Made by a program: the position numbers and the translations under genes. From positions 1 to 50,460 of the forward strand of contig JBIIPZ010000020.1 in NCBI GenBank assembly GCA_044342325.1: DNA of 50,460 nt, read 5' to 3'. Origin of the DNA: Terrimicrobiaceae bacterium (GTDB lineage Bacteria; Verrucomicrobiota; Verrucomicrobiia; Chthoniobacterales; Terrimicrobiaceae). Positions 7,985 to 17,691 of the stretch are shown in pieces. The notes under the pieces were generated by a model, which worked only from the letters and a program-made list of their open reading frames with translations, ran no database searches and was not told the DNA's origin. Numbering within the stretch: the first letter of the stretch is position 1; each line of letters begins with the position of its first letter.

Positions 7985-10096
7985 TCAAGCGCCGCTTCCC
8001 GTGCGGCGGGTGAGTTCGTCGCGGCGGGCGGTTTGGATTTCTTTTTCGAGGGCTTGTCGAGCGTTTTGGCGGTCTTTGAGTTCTTGCATGAAGGAGGATT
8101 GCAGGGCTTCGCGATCCTTGAGCAGGGCTACGACCTCGTCGCGGGCCTGGACGATGAGCGGTTCCACGGCTTTGGCTTCTGGGCTTTCGGGGGTCTGTGT
8201 GAGGAGTGGCTCAAAAGGTTTCACCGCCTCGCCGAGCCAGCGGATGACGCAGTCTGCTCGCCTTGTCGCGGCGAGGTTGTTCGAAAGCGAGATGTCGCTG
8301 GCGGCGATTTTTTTAAAGTAATCGATCGCCTCGTTTGCCGTGGGAGTCAGGACGGCAACTTGGTAGGAGCTTGTGGCAGGTCCGCGCGACTCTTCCGGCG
8401 GATTCACAGGAATGGCTCTGGCGACTTGCGGCTCTTTTTGCGGAGCGGGTGCAGGCGCTGGGGTCTCCTGTGGCGTTGGTTGCGGGAGAGTTTCTTGTGT
8501 TGGGATAACGGCGATCGCGGAGGGTTTTGGTGGTTGTTGCGGCGTGGTAGCCGAGGCCATGGGAGTTGTGGAGGCTTGCTCTGGAGCCAGCTGAGGCGTG
8601 GCAGCGGGCTCCGGCTTCGGAGGTTCGGGAGTGGGAGCCAGGGCGAGATCCACGACAGGCGGGGTTTCCAATGGCTCGCTGTCGAGCAGTGGAGGAGCAG
8701 GCTTGGTCAGGAAAGCAGTTGGTGCAGGGGCCTGGGGGTCGGCGATGCGTGCGGGAGGGAGGACGGGTTCTGGAGTGTCCGGCGGCTCGTAGGTGGCGGT
8801 ATTTTCAGCTTGAGGAGGGAGGCCCAGGTCATTGAGGAGGTCAACTGTATCGTCTGGGGCAGCTGCCTTCGGAGCACTCGAGAGGAGGGCGTTTCCTGCC
8901 GGTTCGAAGGACATCTCCGGCAGCGGGGTGTCGAAATCGACTTTCTGTATCTCGGCAAACAGAGCTGCATTTGATGCCTTCTTTTTTTTGCTGACGCGAA
9001 TGAAACGCGGATCCTCCCATTGGCCGAGAAAGCGGCTGGGATCATGGAAGAGGGGCGGGGCTTTGCCTGGCGAGAAGCGTCGGGGATCGCTGATGGCGCG
9101 CTGCATGAGGTCGCCAGAGAGTTTGAGGTCCGAGCCGGGGGCGGTTTTTCTGAGTTGGTCGGCGAGGTAGGGCATGGTGCGGACGGCGAATCCCTTGAAG
9201 GGGTTTTGCACATTGTCGCGCGGGTTTTCCGCTTTGAAATTTTGGATAGCCTGAAGACTGCCGCCCGAGAGGATGTTGCTCAGGTTGACTCGGAGGGGAG
9301 GCACGGATTTCCGGGAGGCTGTGCCGGCGATCGGGCTGTATTGGCGCGATGGGAGGCTGTCGAGGAGGGCGAAGTAATCGAGTTGTCCGTTGCGGCCGCC
9401 TTGTTGGACGAGGTGGTGGTAAAGATCGTCCATGCGACCGGCGTAGGGACGGAGAAAAATGCCGTCCGCAACCAGGTGCTCGCCTACATCTGCGGCGTAG
9501 ATGCGGGTGAAGAGACTTTGGAGCTCGGCGAATTTTTGCGAAGACCAGCCCGCATTGCGTGAAGAGTCGAGAGCCTGTGCTCGGGAGGGTTCCAGGGGAA
9601 CGATCCATGCGGGGAGTTCGCGGTCGAGTGCGATGGGGCGCCCGCCGAGGCCAATGATGGCATCGATGTTGCGGAAGTTCCCGCCGGTGAGTCGGGATCC
9701 ATCGAAATTTATGGTATCGGCCGGCGGGAATTTCGAGGCTGCGGCAGCCTGCTCGGCTGTGTCGGGATTTTCCGCCAGAAAAATGTCGGCTAGCTGGTTA
9801 AGGGTCGTCGGCTGAAGGCGTGGGAGGAGGCGGTCGAATTTCGTGAGAAGGATGATGGAAAGAGCGGCCTGAGTGGTGCGCTGACGCTCGGAATCAGGAA
9901 GATCTCTTGCAGCGCGGGCAAGCGCGGTGGCGGTCGCAGCGGATTGTTGAAGGACGGGAACAGCCTTTTCCTGCGACGCGGTGGCATCTGCAGCCCTCAG
10001 GGGAGTGCTGGCGAAGATGAGAGCCGAAATCCCAGCAAAGCCCAGCATTACCGTCTTCTTTCCAGCTTCGCAGGCTCTCGGGAGAGATCTTGTCAT
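7985..10096 (-). CDS. Large exported protein with Pro/Ala/Thr-rich linker and C-terminal coiled coil
   Basis: 703 aa, signal-like MLGFAGISALIFASTPLRA; co-oriented just downstream of the motAB genes. Confidence 0.75.
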   Translation of the reverse strand: MTRSLPRACEAGKKTVMLGFAGISALIFASTPLRAADATASQEKAVPVLQQSAATATALARAARDLPDSERQRTTQAALSIILLTKFDRLLPRLQPTTLNQLADIFLAENPDTAEQAAAASKFPPADTINFDGSRLTGGNFRNIDAIIGLGGRPIALDRELPAWIVPLEPSRAQALDSSRNAGWSSQKFAELQSLFTRIYAADVGEHLVADGIFLRPYAGRMDDLYHHLVQQGGRNGQLDYFALLDSLPSRQYSPIAGTASRKSVPPLRVNLSNILSGGSLQAIQNFKAENPRDNVQNPFKGFAVRTMPYLADQLRKTAPGSDLKLSGDLMQRAISDPRRFSPGKAPPLFHDPSRFLGQWEDPRFIRVSKKKKASNAALFAEIQKVDFDTPLPEMSFEPAGNALLSSAPKAAAPDDTVDLLNDLGLPPQAENTATYEPPDTPEPVLPPARIADPQAPAPTAFLTKPAPPLLDSEPLETPPVVDLALAPTPEPPKPEPAATPQLAPEQASTTPMASATTPQQPPKPSAIAVIPTQETLPQPTPQETPAPAPAPQKEPQVARAIPVNPPEESRGPATSSYQVAVLTPTANEAIDYFKKIAASDISLSNNLAATRRADCVIRWLGEAVKPFEPLLTQTPESPEAKAVEPLIVQARDEVVALLKDREALQSSFMQELKDRQNARQALEKEIQTARRDELTRRTGSGA

Positions 10097-10137
10097 CTCA
10101 ATAGAAGATCAGATAGCCCTCCTGCTGGCGGTGCGGG

Positions 10138-10428
10138 TCAATAGTTGCACTGCAGGGTGATTTTCTCCCCGCAGGTGCATGTGATGACGATATGGCCGAT
10201 GCGCCCCTCGGTATCGGGAACGAGTTCGACTTGGGGTTCGGAGGAGCCCTGCATTGTGATGGACTCGGGGAGGGATTGGCTGTCGAGATCGATGTCGGAA
10301 AGGTTGATGCTATCCGGGTGGATATGGGGCGTGTTGATCGGCGGCAGAGGAGTTGAAGCTACAGAAGACTCTGCGCGGCGATTGGATGCGCCTCCTGCGA
10401 GCGGACGACCTTGGAGAAAATCCTTCAT
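10138..10428 (-). CDS. Small hypothetical protein with a C-terminal CxCG...C motif
   Basis: 96 aa, 4-nt overlap with the motB stop, ends HIVITCTCGEKITLQCNY. Confidence 0.75.
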   Translation of the reverse strand: MKDFLQGRPLAGGASNRRAESSVASTPLPPINTPHIHPDSINLSDIDLDSQSLPESITMQGSSEPQVELVPDTEGRIGHIVITCTCGEKITLQCNY

Positions 10429-11210
10429 CGGGCGGTGGGATTGGGAGTGGCTGGAGCGGCTCCTGGACTTGGGGCAGGAGTTGGTTGAGGAGCTGATTGC
10501 GTGAGCGAAAGGCTAACGGTGATGCGTTGGTTATCCTCGGAGTCCGCTGGAACATTTGGGAGCGGCTGGGAATCTCCGCAGCCGGCGATGCGTTTCATTT
10601 TTTCCGGCGTCATGGCGTAATACTCTAGGAGGCGTCGTGCTGCATTGGCGCGGTCGGTGCTCAGTTCCCAGGGCGTGTAGTTTTTATTCGGTCCTAGGTC
10701 GAGCCCCTTGGGAGTGTGGCCCTCGAGGTAAACTTGAAAGCTGTAGCGTTGAATGAGCCAGGAGAGGTTTTGGAAGACGAAGTTGCCCCATTCGGTGAAC
10801 TCTGTGGTGTTGTCCTTGAAGAGCGGCTTCTTCGTGCGGTTGTAGATTTCCATTTTCAGCCCGTCGTCGGTGATGGTGATCTCGATGGGCCTTTTCTCCT
10901 CGTCGTTGACATTGAGGAGTCGGTTGAAGTCACGCGCGATGGCACGAAGGAAACCCTGATTCTCGGTATGGGTCTGGTCGTTGAGTGAGGCATCCTTGCG
11001 GGTGGCTTGGATTTCCTTCTCCATGACGCCCCATGTGGTCGGCCAGTTCTTGTTGGTGGGATCCTTGAAGTAGAGTGATGTGTAAACAAGGATCTCTGGC
11101 TTGAAGTTGGCAATCCACAGAACGAGGAAGAGGGCCATCATGGACGTGACGAAGTCCGCGTAGGCGACTTTCCACGCTCCGCCGTGGTGTTCGTGTTTTT
11201 TCTTGGCCAT
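10425..11210 (-). CDS. motB: Flagellar stator protein MotB
   Basis: HGGAWKVAYADFVTSMMALF TM with the conserved Asp; OmpA-like EGHT...WELSTDRANAARR. Confidence 0.95.
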   Translation of the reverse strand: MAKKKHEHHGGAWKVAYADFVTSMMALFLVLWIANFKPEILVYTSLYFKDPTNKNWPTTWGVMEKEIQATRKDASLNDQTHTENQGFLRAIARDFNRLLNVNDEEKRPIEITITDDGLKMEIYNRTKKPLFKDNTTEFTEWGNFVFQNLSWLIQRYSFQVYLEGHTPKGLDLGPNKNYTPWELSTDRANAARRLLEYYAMTPEKMKRIAGCGDSQPLPNVPADSEDNQRITVSLSLTQSAPQPTPAPSPGAAPATPNPTAR

Positions 11211-11215
11211 GAATA

Positions 11216-12082
11216 TTAGTTGCCGGGGGTGCCGACATTTTTGACCATTTCTTCGACGGCTTCCGCTGTGGGTTGGAAGGCGGGATCAATGGCACGGCGG
11301 GCGGCCTCGATGGCCATGATGGGGGCCATGCCGCCAGTGAAGCCCAGCACACCCTTCATGATGACCGCGTAGTATTGGAGTTCATAAACATTGTTGAGCT
11401 TGATGCGGGCGGCGAGGGGGTTAATGAACCCGTAGGCTCCGAGCACGCCGAGGAAGGTTCCGACGAGCGCTGCGGCGACCTTCTGGCCGACTTTTTCGGG
11501 GCCCATGGCAATCGCGGCCATGGTGTTGATGATGCCCATAACAGCAGCCACGATACCGATGCCCGGCAGGGAGTCGCCGACGAGGTTGAGAATGTGAATC
11601 GGCTGGACGGCATCCTCTTCCTTGGCTTCAAAGTCGGCATGGAGGAGGCCACCGAGTTGCTCGGGCTTGAGGCGGCCGTCGATGACCGGTTTCAAGCTGT
11701 TTGTGAGAAACTCCAGGCGCTCGTGGTCGTTGATGAAGGAAGGGTATTTCGAGAGGATGGGGCTCTCTTTGGGAGACATGACATCGTCTTCAATCGCGAT
11801 CAAACCGCCGCGGCGGGCTTTGCTGAAGAGTTCGTAGAGGAGTTTGAGGAGGTCGGTGTAATCGGATGTCGGAACGGCCTGATTGCGGAAGGCGACCTTG
11901 ATTTTTTTGACGATGTTTTTCAGCAACGATACCGGACTGGCGATGACCATGAGGCCGATCGAAATGCCGATGATGATCACATAGTCCGAAATCGGGAAAA
12001 GGAGGCCTAGTTTGCCGCCGGCCATCATAAAGCCGCCGAGTGTCGAACCGAGAACGATAATATAACCTATTATGAGAATCAT
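11216..12082 (-). CDS. motA: Flagellar stator protein MotA
   Basis: KARRGGLIAIE, LPGIGIVAAVMG, AAALVGTFLG...YG. Confidence 0.95.
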   Translation of the reverse strand: MILIIGYIIVLGSTLGGFMMAGGKLGLLFPISDYVIIIGISIGLMVIASPVSLLKNIVKKIKVAFRNQAVPTSDYTDLLKLLYELFSKARRGGLIAIEDDVMSPKESPILSKYPSFINDHERLEFLTNSLKPVIDGRLKPEQLGGLLHADFEAKEEDAVQPIHILNLVGDSLPGIGIVAAVMGIINTMAAIAMGPEKVGQKVAAALVGTFLGVLGAYGFINPLAARIKLNNVYELQYYAVIMKGVLGFTGGMAPIMAIEAARRAIDPAFQPTAEAVEEMVKNVGTPGN

Positions 12083-12133
12083 GAGTGGTGGATGGTTGTT
12101 TTGTTTTTTGAGAGTGTGGGATCAGGGTGAAAA

Positions 12134-12928
12134 TCAGCGTTCCATGGCTTTGCGGATGTAAGCCTTCAGGCCGAGAACCGCCTGAGTGTGGATTTGGCAG
12201 ATACGGGATTCTGTGACTCCGAAAACCTTGGCGATCTCTGCGAGGCGGAGGTTTTCAAAGTAATACATGGCGAGAATTTTCCTCTGCATGTCGGGAAGCA
12301 TCTGAAGGCGCTCCACGACGAGCTTGATGAGTTCCTGTTTCAGCGCGATGTCGCGGGCATTCGGCTGGTTCTCGTCGGCGATGACTTCGTGCAGGCTGGA
12401 GTCTTCGTCGTCTCCAGCCAGCGCGTCGAGTTCCACATAGCTGAGCGGGCGAACTTCATCGAGTAGGATCGAGTATTCCTCGCTGGAGATACCGAGTTCA
12501 TCGGCGATTTCCGCTTCAGTGGCAGGGCGGCCGGCGTTTTGCTCGAAGGCGGAGATGACATCGGTGAGCTTTTTGGCTTTGACGCGGAGTGTGCGGGACA
12601 TCCAGTCGACGCGGCGGAGTTCGTCGAGCACAGCCCCTCGGACGCGCATGGCGGCGTAGGCGGCGAAGGTAACGCCGTGTGTGGGGTCGAAGCGGCGTTG
12701 GGCTTGAATGAGGCCGAGGAGACCTACCGAGTAGAGGTCATCGACATCGAGATGTGCTGGGAGGCTGGCACGCATGCGGTCCACCACGGAGCGGACGAGA
12801 GGCATGTGGTTTTTAAGAGTCTCCTCTTCGCTGCCCTGTGAGACACCGCCGTAGGCACGCCATGCCGCCGTGTATTTTTGAGCATCGGGCCGGGGAGGGG
12901 ACATGATGGGTTCGGCGAGTTGCTGCAT
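12134..12928 (-). CDS. fliA: sigma28 (FliA/WhiG family) sigma factor
   Basis: DDLYSVGLLGL, RVRGAVLDELRRVDW, GVTESRICQIHTQA. Confidence 0.95.
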   Translation of the reverse strand: MQQLAEPIMSPPRPDAQKYTAAWRAYGGVSQGSEEETLKNHMPLVRSVVDRMRASLPAHLDVDDLYSVGLLGLIQAQRRFDPTHGVTFAAYAAMRVRGAVLDELRRVDWMSRTLRVKAKKLTDVISAFEQNAGRPATEAEIADELGISSEEYSILLDEVRPLSYVELDALAGDDEDSSLHEVIADENQPNARDIALKQELIKLVVERLQMLPDMQRKILAMYYFENLRLAEIAKVFGVTESRICQIHTQAVLGLKAYIRKAMER

Positions 12929-12930
12929 GG

Positions 12931-13212
12931 TTAGGCGGCCGGTTGGGCAGGCGTCTCAGGCATGCTGTCCTGTGGCGGCTGGGCTTCCTCCGCAGTGGCT
13001 TTTTCGATATCGCGGAGGCGGGCCTTCTCGGCCACGACTTGCTTGGCGCAGTATTCGACAATAAATCGGAAAACTCTGAAGAGCAGTGCTGTAAGGACGC
13101 AGCCGATGGTCGCATTGAACACTGTGTCTTCAAGGTTTTTGCCTGCAATAAGGCTCACCAGAAAGGCGAGAATGAAGCCGGTGAAGCCTCCGATGAGCGT
13201 GAAGTATTGCAT
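12931..13212 (-). CDS. Small two-TM protein, FlgV-like by size and position
   Basis: 93 aa, two N-terminal TMs and a charged tail, directly upstream of fliA. Confidence 0.65.
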   Translation of the reverse strand: MQYFTLIGGFTGFILAFLVSLIAGKNLEDTVFNATIGCVLTALLFRVFRFIVEYCAKQVVAEKARLRDIEKATAEEAQPPQDSMPETPAQPAA

Positions 13213-13247
13213 GTGGGTCGGTGGATATAAAAAATCGCTTAGTTCAT

Positions 13248-13263
13248 AGCAATTCTTGCGCCA
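13248..13263 (-). promoter_or_regulatory. sigma54 -24/-12 promoter for the flgV-like-fliA-motAB operon
   Basis: Minus strand TGGCGCAAGAATTGCT (GG-N10-GC). Confidence 0.85.
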
Positions 13264-13377
13264 AAAAACGAAATGCTAGAAACATGGGGCGATGGCATGA
13301 AAAACAACAAATAAACAGCATTTTTCAGCTTTTTTTGAATTTTTTAAGTGCGGAGTGGAAAAATCTGCCGATGGGGA

Positions 13378-15552
13378 TCAAGCGGCTGCAGGCATGCGTT
13401 CAGCTGGTGGGGGAACGATGATGCCTGTATTTTGGATTTCGGTTTGCGAGGGAAGTTCTTGGTAGGAGAGAACGATGAGTTTGGGCAGGGAGGGCTCGAA
13501 GAAGCGCTTGAAGGCCAGGCGGAGTTCGGCCGTGAGAATGGTGATGGGTGAGAGACCTTGCTCGGCGAGGGAGTTTGAGCGGATGGTGAGTTCGCGGAGG
13601 AGGTATTGCGCGGTGTTCGGATCGAGCGCGAGGGTGGTCTCGAAATGGGAGCGCTGGATGCGGGTCATCAGGGTTTGCTCAAGGCGTGGATCGATGGTGA
13701 TGCACTTGATGAGACCAGGCTCGGACTCGTATTGGCTGATGAAGTAGGTGCCGAGGCGGCGGCGGACCTGCTCGGAGAGTTCGTCTGGGTTTTTTGTGAC
13801 CGGTGCATAGTCGGCGAGCGTCTCCAGAATGAGCGGCAGGTTTTTGATCGGCACGCCCTCGCGGAGGAGGTTTTGCAGGACGCGCTGGATGATGCCGAGG
13901 TTGACCAGGTCGGGGAGGAGTTCGGCGATGAGTGCGGGGTTGGACTCTTTGACGCGGTCGATGAGGGACTGGACTTCCTGACGCGTGAGGATGAGGTGGG
14001 AGACTTGTTTGAGGGTTTCCGCGAGGTGGGTGATCATCACGGATGTGGCATCCACGACGCTGTAGCCATTGATTTCGGCGGTGCGTTTTTCTTCTTCTGC
14101 GATCCAGACGGCTTCAATGCCGAAGACGGGTTCGCGTGTGGGGACGCCTTTGAGGTTGACCATGCTGCCGGAGACATTCATGGCAAGCCAGCGGTTGGGG
14201 ATCACTGAGGCGCGGGCAAAGGATTTGCCCCGGAGGAGGAAGTTGTATTCGTTCGGCTCAAGTTCCAGACTGTCGCGGATGGCGATCGGAGGAATGACCA
14301 TGCCGTTGTCGCGGGCAAAGCCTTTGCGAACGCCGGTGATGCGGTCGAGGAGGTCGCCGCCTTGGGTTTTATCGGCAAGGCGGAGGAGTCCATAGCCTAC
14401 TTCGATGGAGAGGACTTCGGCTTCGATGAGCTTGTGGAGATCTTCCGGGCCGGTATTGGCGGGGGATCCTTGACCACCTGCGGCTACTTGCTGACCTCCT
14501 TGGTTGGCATTTCCTCCACCAGGTGCGGGAAGTGCAAGGGTGCTGCCTTTGGCGCCGGCCGCGAGCGGGTTTTGGGATTGTTTTTTCAGCATATAGGCCA
14601 CGAAGCCTGTGATGCCGCCGAGTATGAGGAAAGGGGCTGCCGGCATGCCGGGGGCGAGGGCGAGAGCCGCTATGAGGCCGGAGGCGATGCCTACGGCGCG
14701 AGGGTAGGCTCCGAGTTGTTTTCCTATCTGGGCTCCGAGGCTGTTGTCGCCTTGGGCGCGAGTCACGAGCAAACCGGCGGCAACGGAGATGACCAGCGCG
14801 GGGACTTGGGAAACAAGGCCGTCACCGATGGAAAGGAGTGTGTATTTTTGGAGGGCTTGGTCGATGGGCATGCCCTTTTGGAGCATGCCGATGCCGAATC
14901 CGCCGATGACGTTGATGAAGGTGATGAGGATGCCGGCCACGGCATCGCCTCGCACGAACTTGCTGGCACCGTCCATCGCACCGTAGAAGTCGGCTTCTTT
15001 TTGGACTTTGAGTCGGCGGGATGTGGCGGTGAGTTCATCGATGATGCCGGCGTTGAGTTCGGCGTCGATGGCCATCTGTTTACCCGGCATCGCGTCCAGG
15101 GTGAATCGTGCGGCGACCTCGGCGATACGGCCCGCGCCCTTGGTGATGACGACGAAATTGATGATGACGAGAATGATGAAAACGACGGCTCCGACGATGT
15201 AGTTGCCTTGGATGAGCACATGGCCGAAGGCTTCGATGACATTTCCGGCGAAGCCGTCGAGCAGGATGAGTCGCGTGGAGGCGATGTTCAGCGCCAATCG
15301 CAGCAGGGTGACGGCAAGGAGAATAGTTGGGAAGGCGGAGAACTCCGGAGGATCCTTCACATAGATGATCACGAGCAGGATCAGCAGCGAGATGCCGATG
15401 TTTACGGACAGTAAAAAATCAAGGGCCCATGTTGGAACCGGGATGACCAGCAGGAGTATGATGGCAAAGAGGCCAAGAGTGAAGATTAGGTCGGTCTGTT
15501 TGAGCAGATCGCTCCACTTGAATCTTGAGGTTTGGGCGTTTGCGGTGGCCAT
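13378..15552 (-). CDS. flhA: Flagellar export gate protein FlhA
   Basis: RIAEVAARFTLDAMPGKQMAIDAEL, FYGAMDGASKFVRGDA, LLSIGDGLVSQ. Confidence 0.97.
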   Translation of the reverse strand: MATANAQTSRFKWSDLLKQTDLIFTLGLFAIILLLVIPVPTWALDFLLSVNIGISLLILLVIIYVKDPPEFSAFPTILLAVTLLRLALNIASTRLILLDGFAGNVIEAFGHVLIQGNYIVGAVVFIILVIINFVVITKGAGRIAEVAARFTLDAMPGKQMAIDAELNAGIIDELTATSRRLKVQKEADFYGAMDGASKFVRGDAVAGILITFINVIGGFGIGMLQKGMPIDQALQKYTLLSIGDGLVSQVPALVISVAAGLLVTRAQGDNSLGAQIGKQLGAYPRAVGIASGLIAALALAPGMPAAPFLILGGITGFVAYMLKKQSQNPLAAGAKGSTLALPAPGGGNANQGGQQVAAGGQGSPANTGPEDLHKLIEAEVLSIEVGYGLLRLADKTQGGDLLDRITGVRKGFARDNGMVIPPIAIRDSLELEPNEYNFLLRGKSFARASVIPNRWLAMNVSGSMVNLKGVPTREPVFGIEAVWIAEEEKRTAEINGYSVVDATSVMITHLAETLKQVSHLILTRQEVQSLIDRVKESNPALIAELLPDLVNLGIIQRVLQNLLREGVPIKNLPLILETLADYAPVTKNPDELSEQVRRRLGTYFISQYESEPGLIKCITIDPRLEQTLMTRIQRSHFETTLALDPNTAQYLLRELTIRSNSLAEQGLSPITILTAELRLAFKRFFEPSLPKLIVLSYQELPSQTEIQNTGIIVPPPAERMPAAA

Positions 15553-15564
15553 GTGGCGGACGGA

Positions 15565-16659
15565 TCAGGATTTCAGACGGCGGGATTTGAGTTGGTAGAA
15601 GTAGTAGCGGTGTGTGCGGTAAACGTAACCAAGAATTTCGGCTATGGCTTGGTAAAGTTGGGCTGGAATGGGTTTGCCGACCTGACCGAATTTGTAAAGT
15701 GCACGGGCAATCGGTTTGTTTTCCACTGTGGGGACTTCGTGTTTCGATCCGATGGCCTTGATGCGTTGGGCAAATATATTTTGGCCTTTGGCAAGAACGA
15801 CAGGGGCCGCATCCACGCCGCGCTCGTATTTCAGAGCCACCGCGTAGTGCGTCGGATTTGTGACGATCACATCGGCATTCGGCACATCGGCGAGCATCTG
15901 TTTTTGCATCAGTCGGCGGGCCATGGCGCGTTGGGCCATCTTAACATTTGGGTCGCCCATAGCTTGGCGATTCTCGTCCTTGATCTCCTGCTTGGTCATC
16001 ATGAGATCCTTTTCGGTTTTTTTAAGTTGGAAGATGTAGTGGAGGAGGGCGAGTCCGCCCATGGCGAGGGCGAGTCGGAAGAAAAGGGAGAGCGTCGAGT
16101 CGTAGATGAAGCTCCCGATGCGGAAAACGGGAACTGGAGTGAAGAAGATCGGGTCGGCGAGGATTTGTTTGACGCTACCGTAGATGAGGACTCCTACGAC
16201 GAGACACTTTCCCGATTCCACGAATAGCTTAACGATGCCCTGTTTGCTGAAGATGCGTTGGAATCCGGTTACGGGGTTGAGCTTTTCAAATTTGAAGCCT
16301 GCCACCTCTGGAGTTGCTTTGAAATGGGTCTGGAGTCCTCCGGCGAGGATGCTGGCAACGGTTGTGGCCAAGAACATCGGGGCTAGTAGACCGAACATGG
16401 TCAGGAAGGCCATGCCGGTCCATTGTGGGATGACATCGCTGATGATTTGGTATTTTTCGAGGTTGCCGAGGATGCTGGCCACCATTTCGGTCATGTAGCG
16501 GGATTGGCTGTCCAGCGTGAAAAGGAAAACGAAGTAGGCTGCGACGAGGCCAAACACAACCTGAATCTCAGGCGCCTGGGCGAATTGCCCCTTGTTGTGG
16601 GCCTCCGACAGTTTTTTCTCTGTCGGTTTCTCTGTTGCGTTGTCGTTTTCGTTCGCCAT
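15565..16659 (-). CDS. flhB: Flagellar export switch protein FlhB
   Basis: TEKPTEKK start, KLNPVTG, autocleavage motif TNPTHYAVAL. Confidence 0.96.
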   Translation of the reverse strand: MANENDNATEKPTEKKLSEAHNKGQFAQAPEIQVVFGLVAAYFVFLFTLDSQSRYMTEMVASILGNLEKYQIISDVIPQWTGMAFLTMFGLLAPMFLATTVASILAGGLQTHFKATPEVAGFKFEKLNPVTGFQRIFSKQGIVKLFVESGKCLVVGVLIYGSVKQILADPIFFTPVPVFRIGSFIYDSTLSLFFRLALAMGGLALLHYIFQLKKTEKDLMMTKQEIKDENRQAMGDPNVKMAQRAMARRLMQKQMLADVPNADVIVTNPTHYAVALKYERGVDAAPVVLAKGQNIFAQRIKAIGSKHEVPTVENKPIARALYKFGQVGKPIPAQLYQAIAEILGYVYRTHRYYFYQLKSRRLKS

Positions 16660-16666
16660 CGCAGTT

Positions 16667-17425
16667 TTACCTCAGAAAATGAAGCATCAACTCCGGCAGG
16701 TGTTGCATATCGCGGAGGATGTATTGAATGGTGAGCCCGAGCGTCATGGAAAAGACAGTCAGACCAGCGAGAATTTGAACGGGGAAGCTGAGCATGAAAA
16801 CATTCCAGCTCGGCGCTGCACGACCAAGGACGGAGAAGGCCATGTTCACCAGGAAGCTGATCGCCAGAAGTGGCGCGGAAATTTGAACGGCGAGAAGAAA
16901 GATTCGCCCGCTCGCGGCAAGCACCGTGTCAAACGACTGGGGCGCAAAAATCGCGCTCGGAGGAAAAACCTCAAAGCTCCGCGCGAAGGCCAGCAGGCAG
17001 AATTGATACGCACCGGTCACCAGAAAGAGCACGGTTCCGAGGGAAAAAAGCATCGTGTTTGGTGGAGTCGCCGAGGTGCGTGTAATGGGATCGATGTTCG
17101 TGCTCATCGAGAGTCCAATCTGCACAGCTATGATTTCACCCGCCATTTCCAAAGCGTAGAGCAGGAATCGCACCGCAAATCCCATGAGGAGACCGGTAAG
17201 GACTTCATGGATGACTTGCATCACCACAATAAACCAATGTCCAGGCACTCCTCCGAAATCACCGAAAATCGGGGCAAGCAGGTAGGCAAGTATTGCCGCC
17301 ATGGCAATGCGCACCGTGGAAGGAATCATACTCCCTGAAAAAACTGGGAGGATTAGAAAAAGTCCGCTGGCTCTGAGAAAAATCAGCAATCCGGGGTAGA
17401 TATCCTCGACATGGATCGTGATCAT
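16667..17425 (-). CDS. fliR: Flagellar export protein FliR
   Basis: Multi-TM; AGEIIAVQIGLS, LGRAAPSWNVF. Confidence 0.94.
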   Translation of the reverse strand: MITIHVEDIYPGLLIFLRASGLFLILPVFSGSMIPSTVRIAMAAILAYLLAPIFGDFGGVPGHWFIVVMQVIHEVLTGLLMGFAVRFLLYALEMAGEIIAVQIGLSMSTNIDPITRTSATPPNTMLFSLGTVLFLVTGAYQFCLLAFARSFEVFPPSAIFAPQSFDTVLAASGRIFLLAVQISAPLLAISFLVNMAFSVLGRAAPSWNVFMLSFPVQILAGLTVFSMTLGLTIQYILRDMQHLPELMLHFLR

Positions 17426-17691
17426 CTCGTCATTTCCGGGATTTTATTGATGAAAAAAACCGTGAACTGCATCAGTTGGCGAAGCATCCAAGGGGCTCCG
17501 ATGACGATAATTGCACCGACTGCGATCAGCTTTGGAGCGAAGCTCAGCGTAGGTTCTTGAATGCTGGTCACGGCTTGAAAAAGGCTGATGACCACGCCCA
17601 CGATGACCGCTGCCAAGATGATCGGAGTCGTCACGAGCAGGGACACCGTGATGAGCGAGCGGAGCATTTCGATGGCGGTCTCTTGATTCAT
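17422..17691 (-). CDS. fliQ: Flagellar export protein FliQ
   Basis: ISLFQAVTSIQEPTLSFAPK; start ATG 17691 overlaps the fliP stop. Confidence 0.95.
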   Translation of the reverse strand: MNQETAIEMLRSLITVSLLVTTPIILAAVIVGVVISLFQAVTSIQEPTLSFAPKLIAVGAIIVIGAPWMLRQLMQFTVFFINKIPEMTR

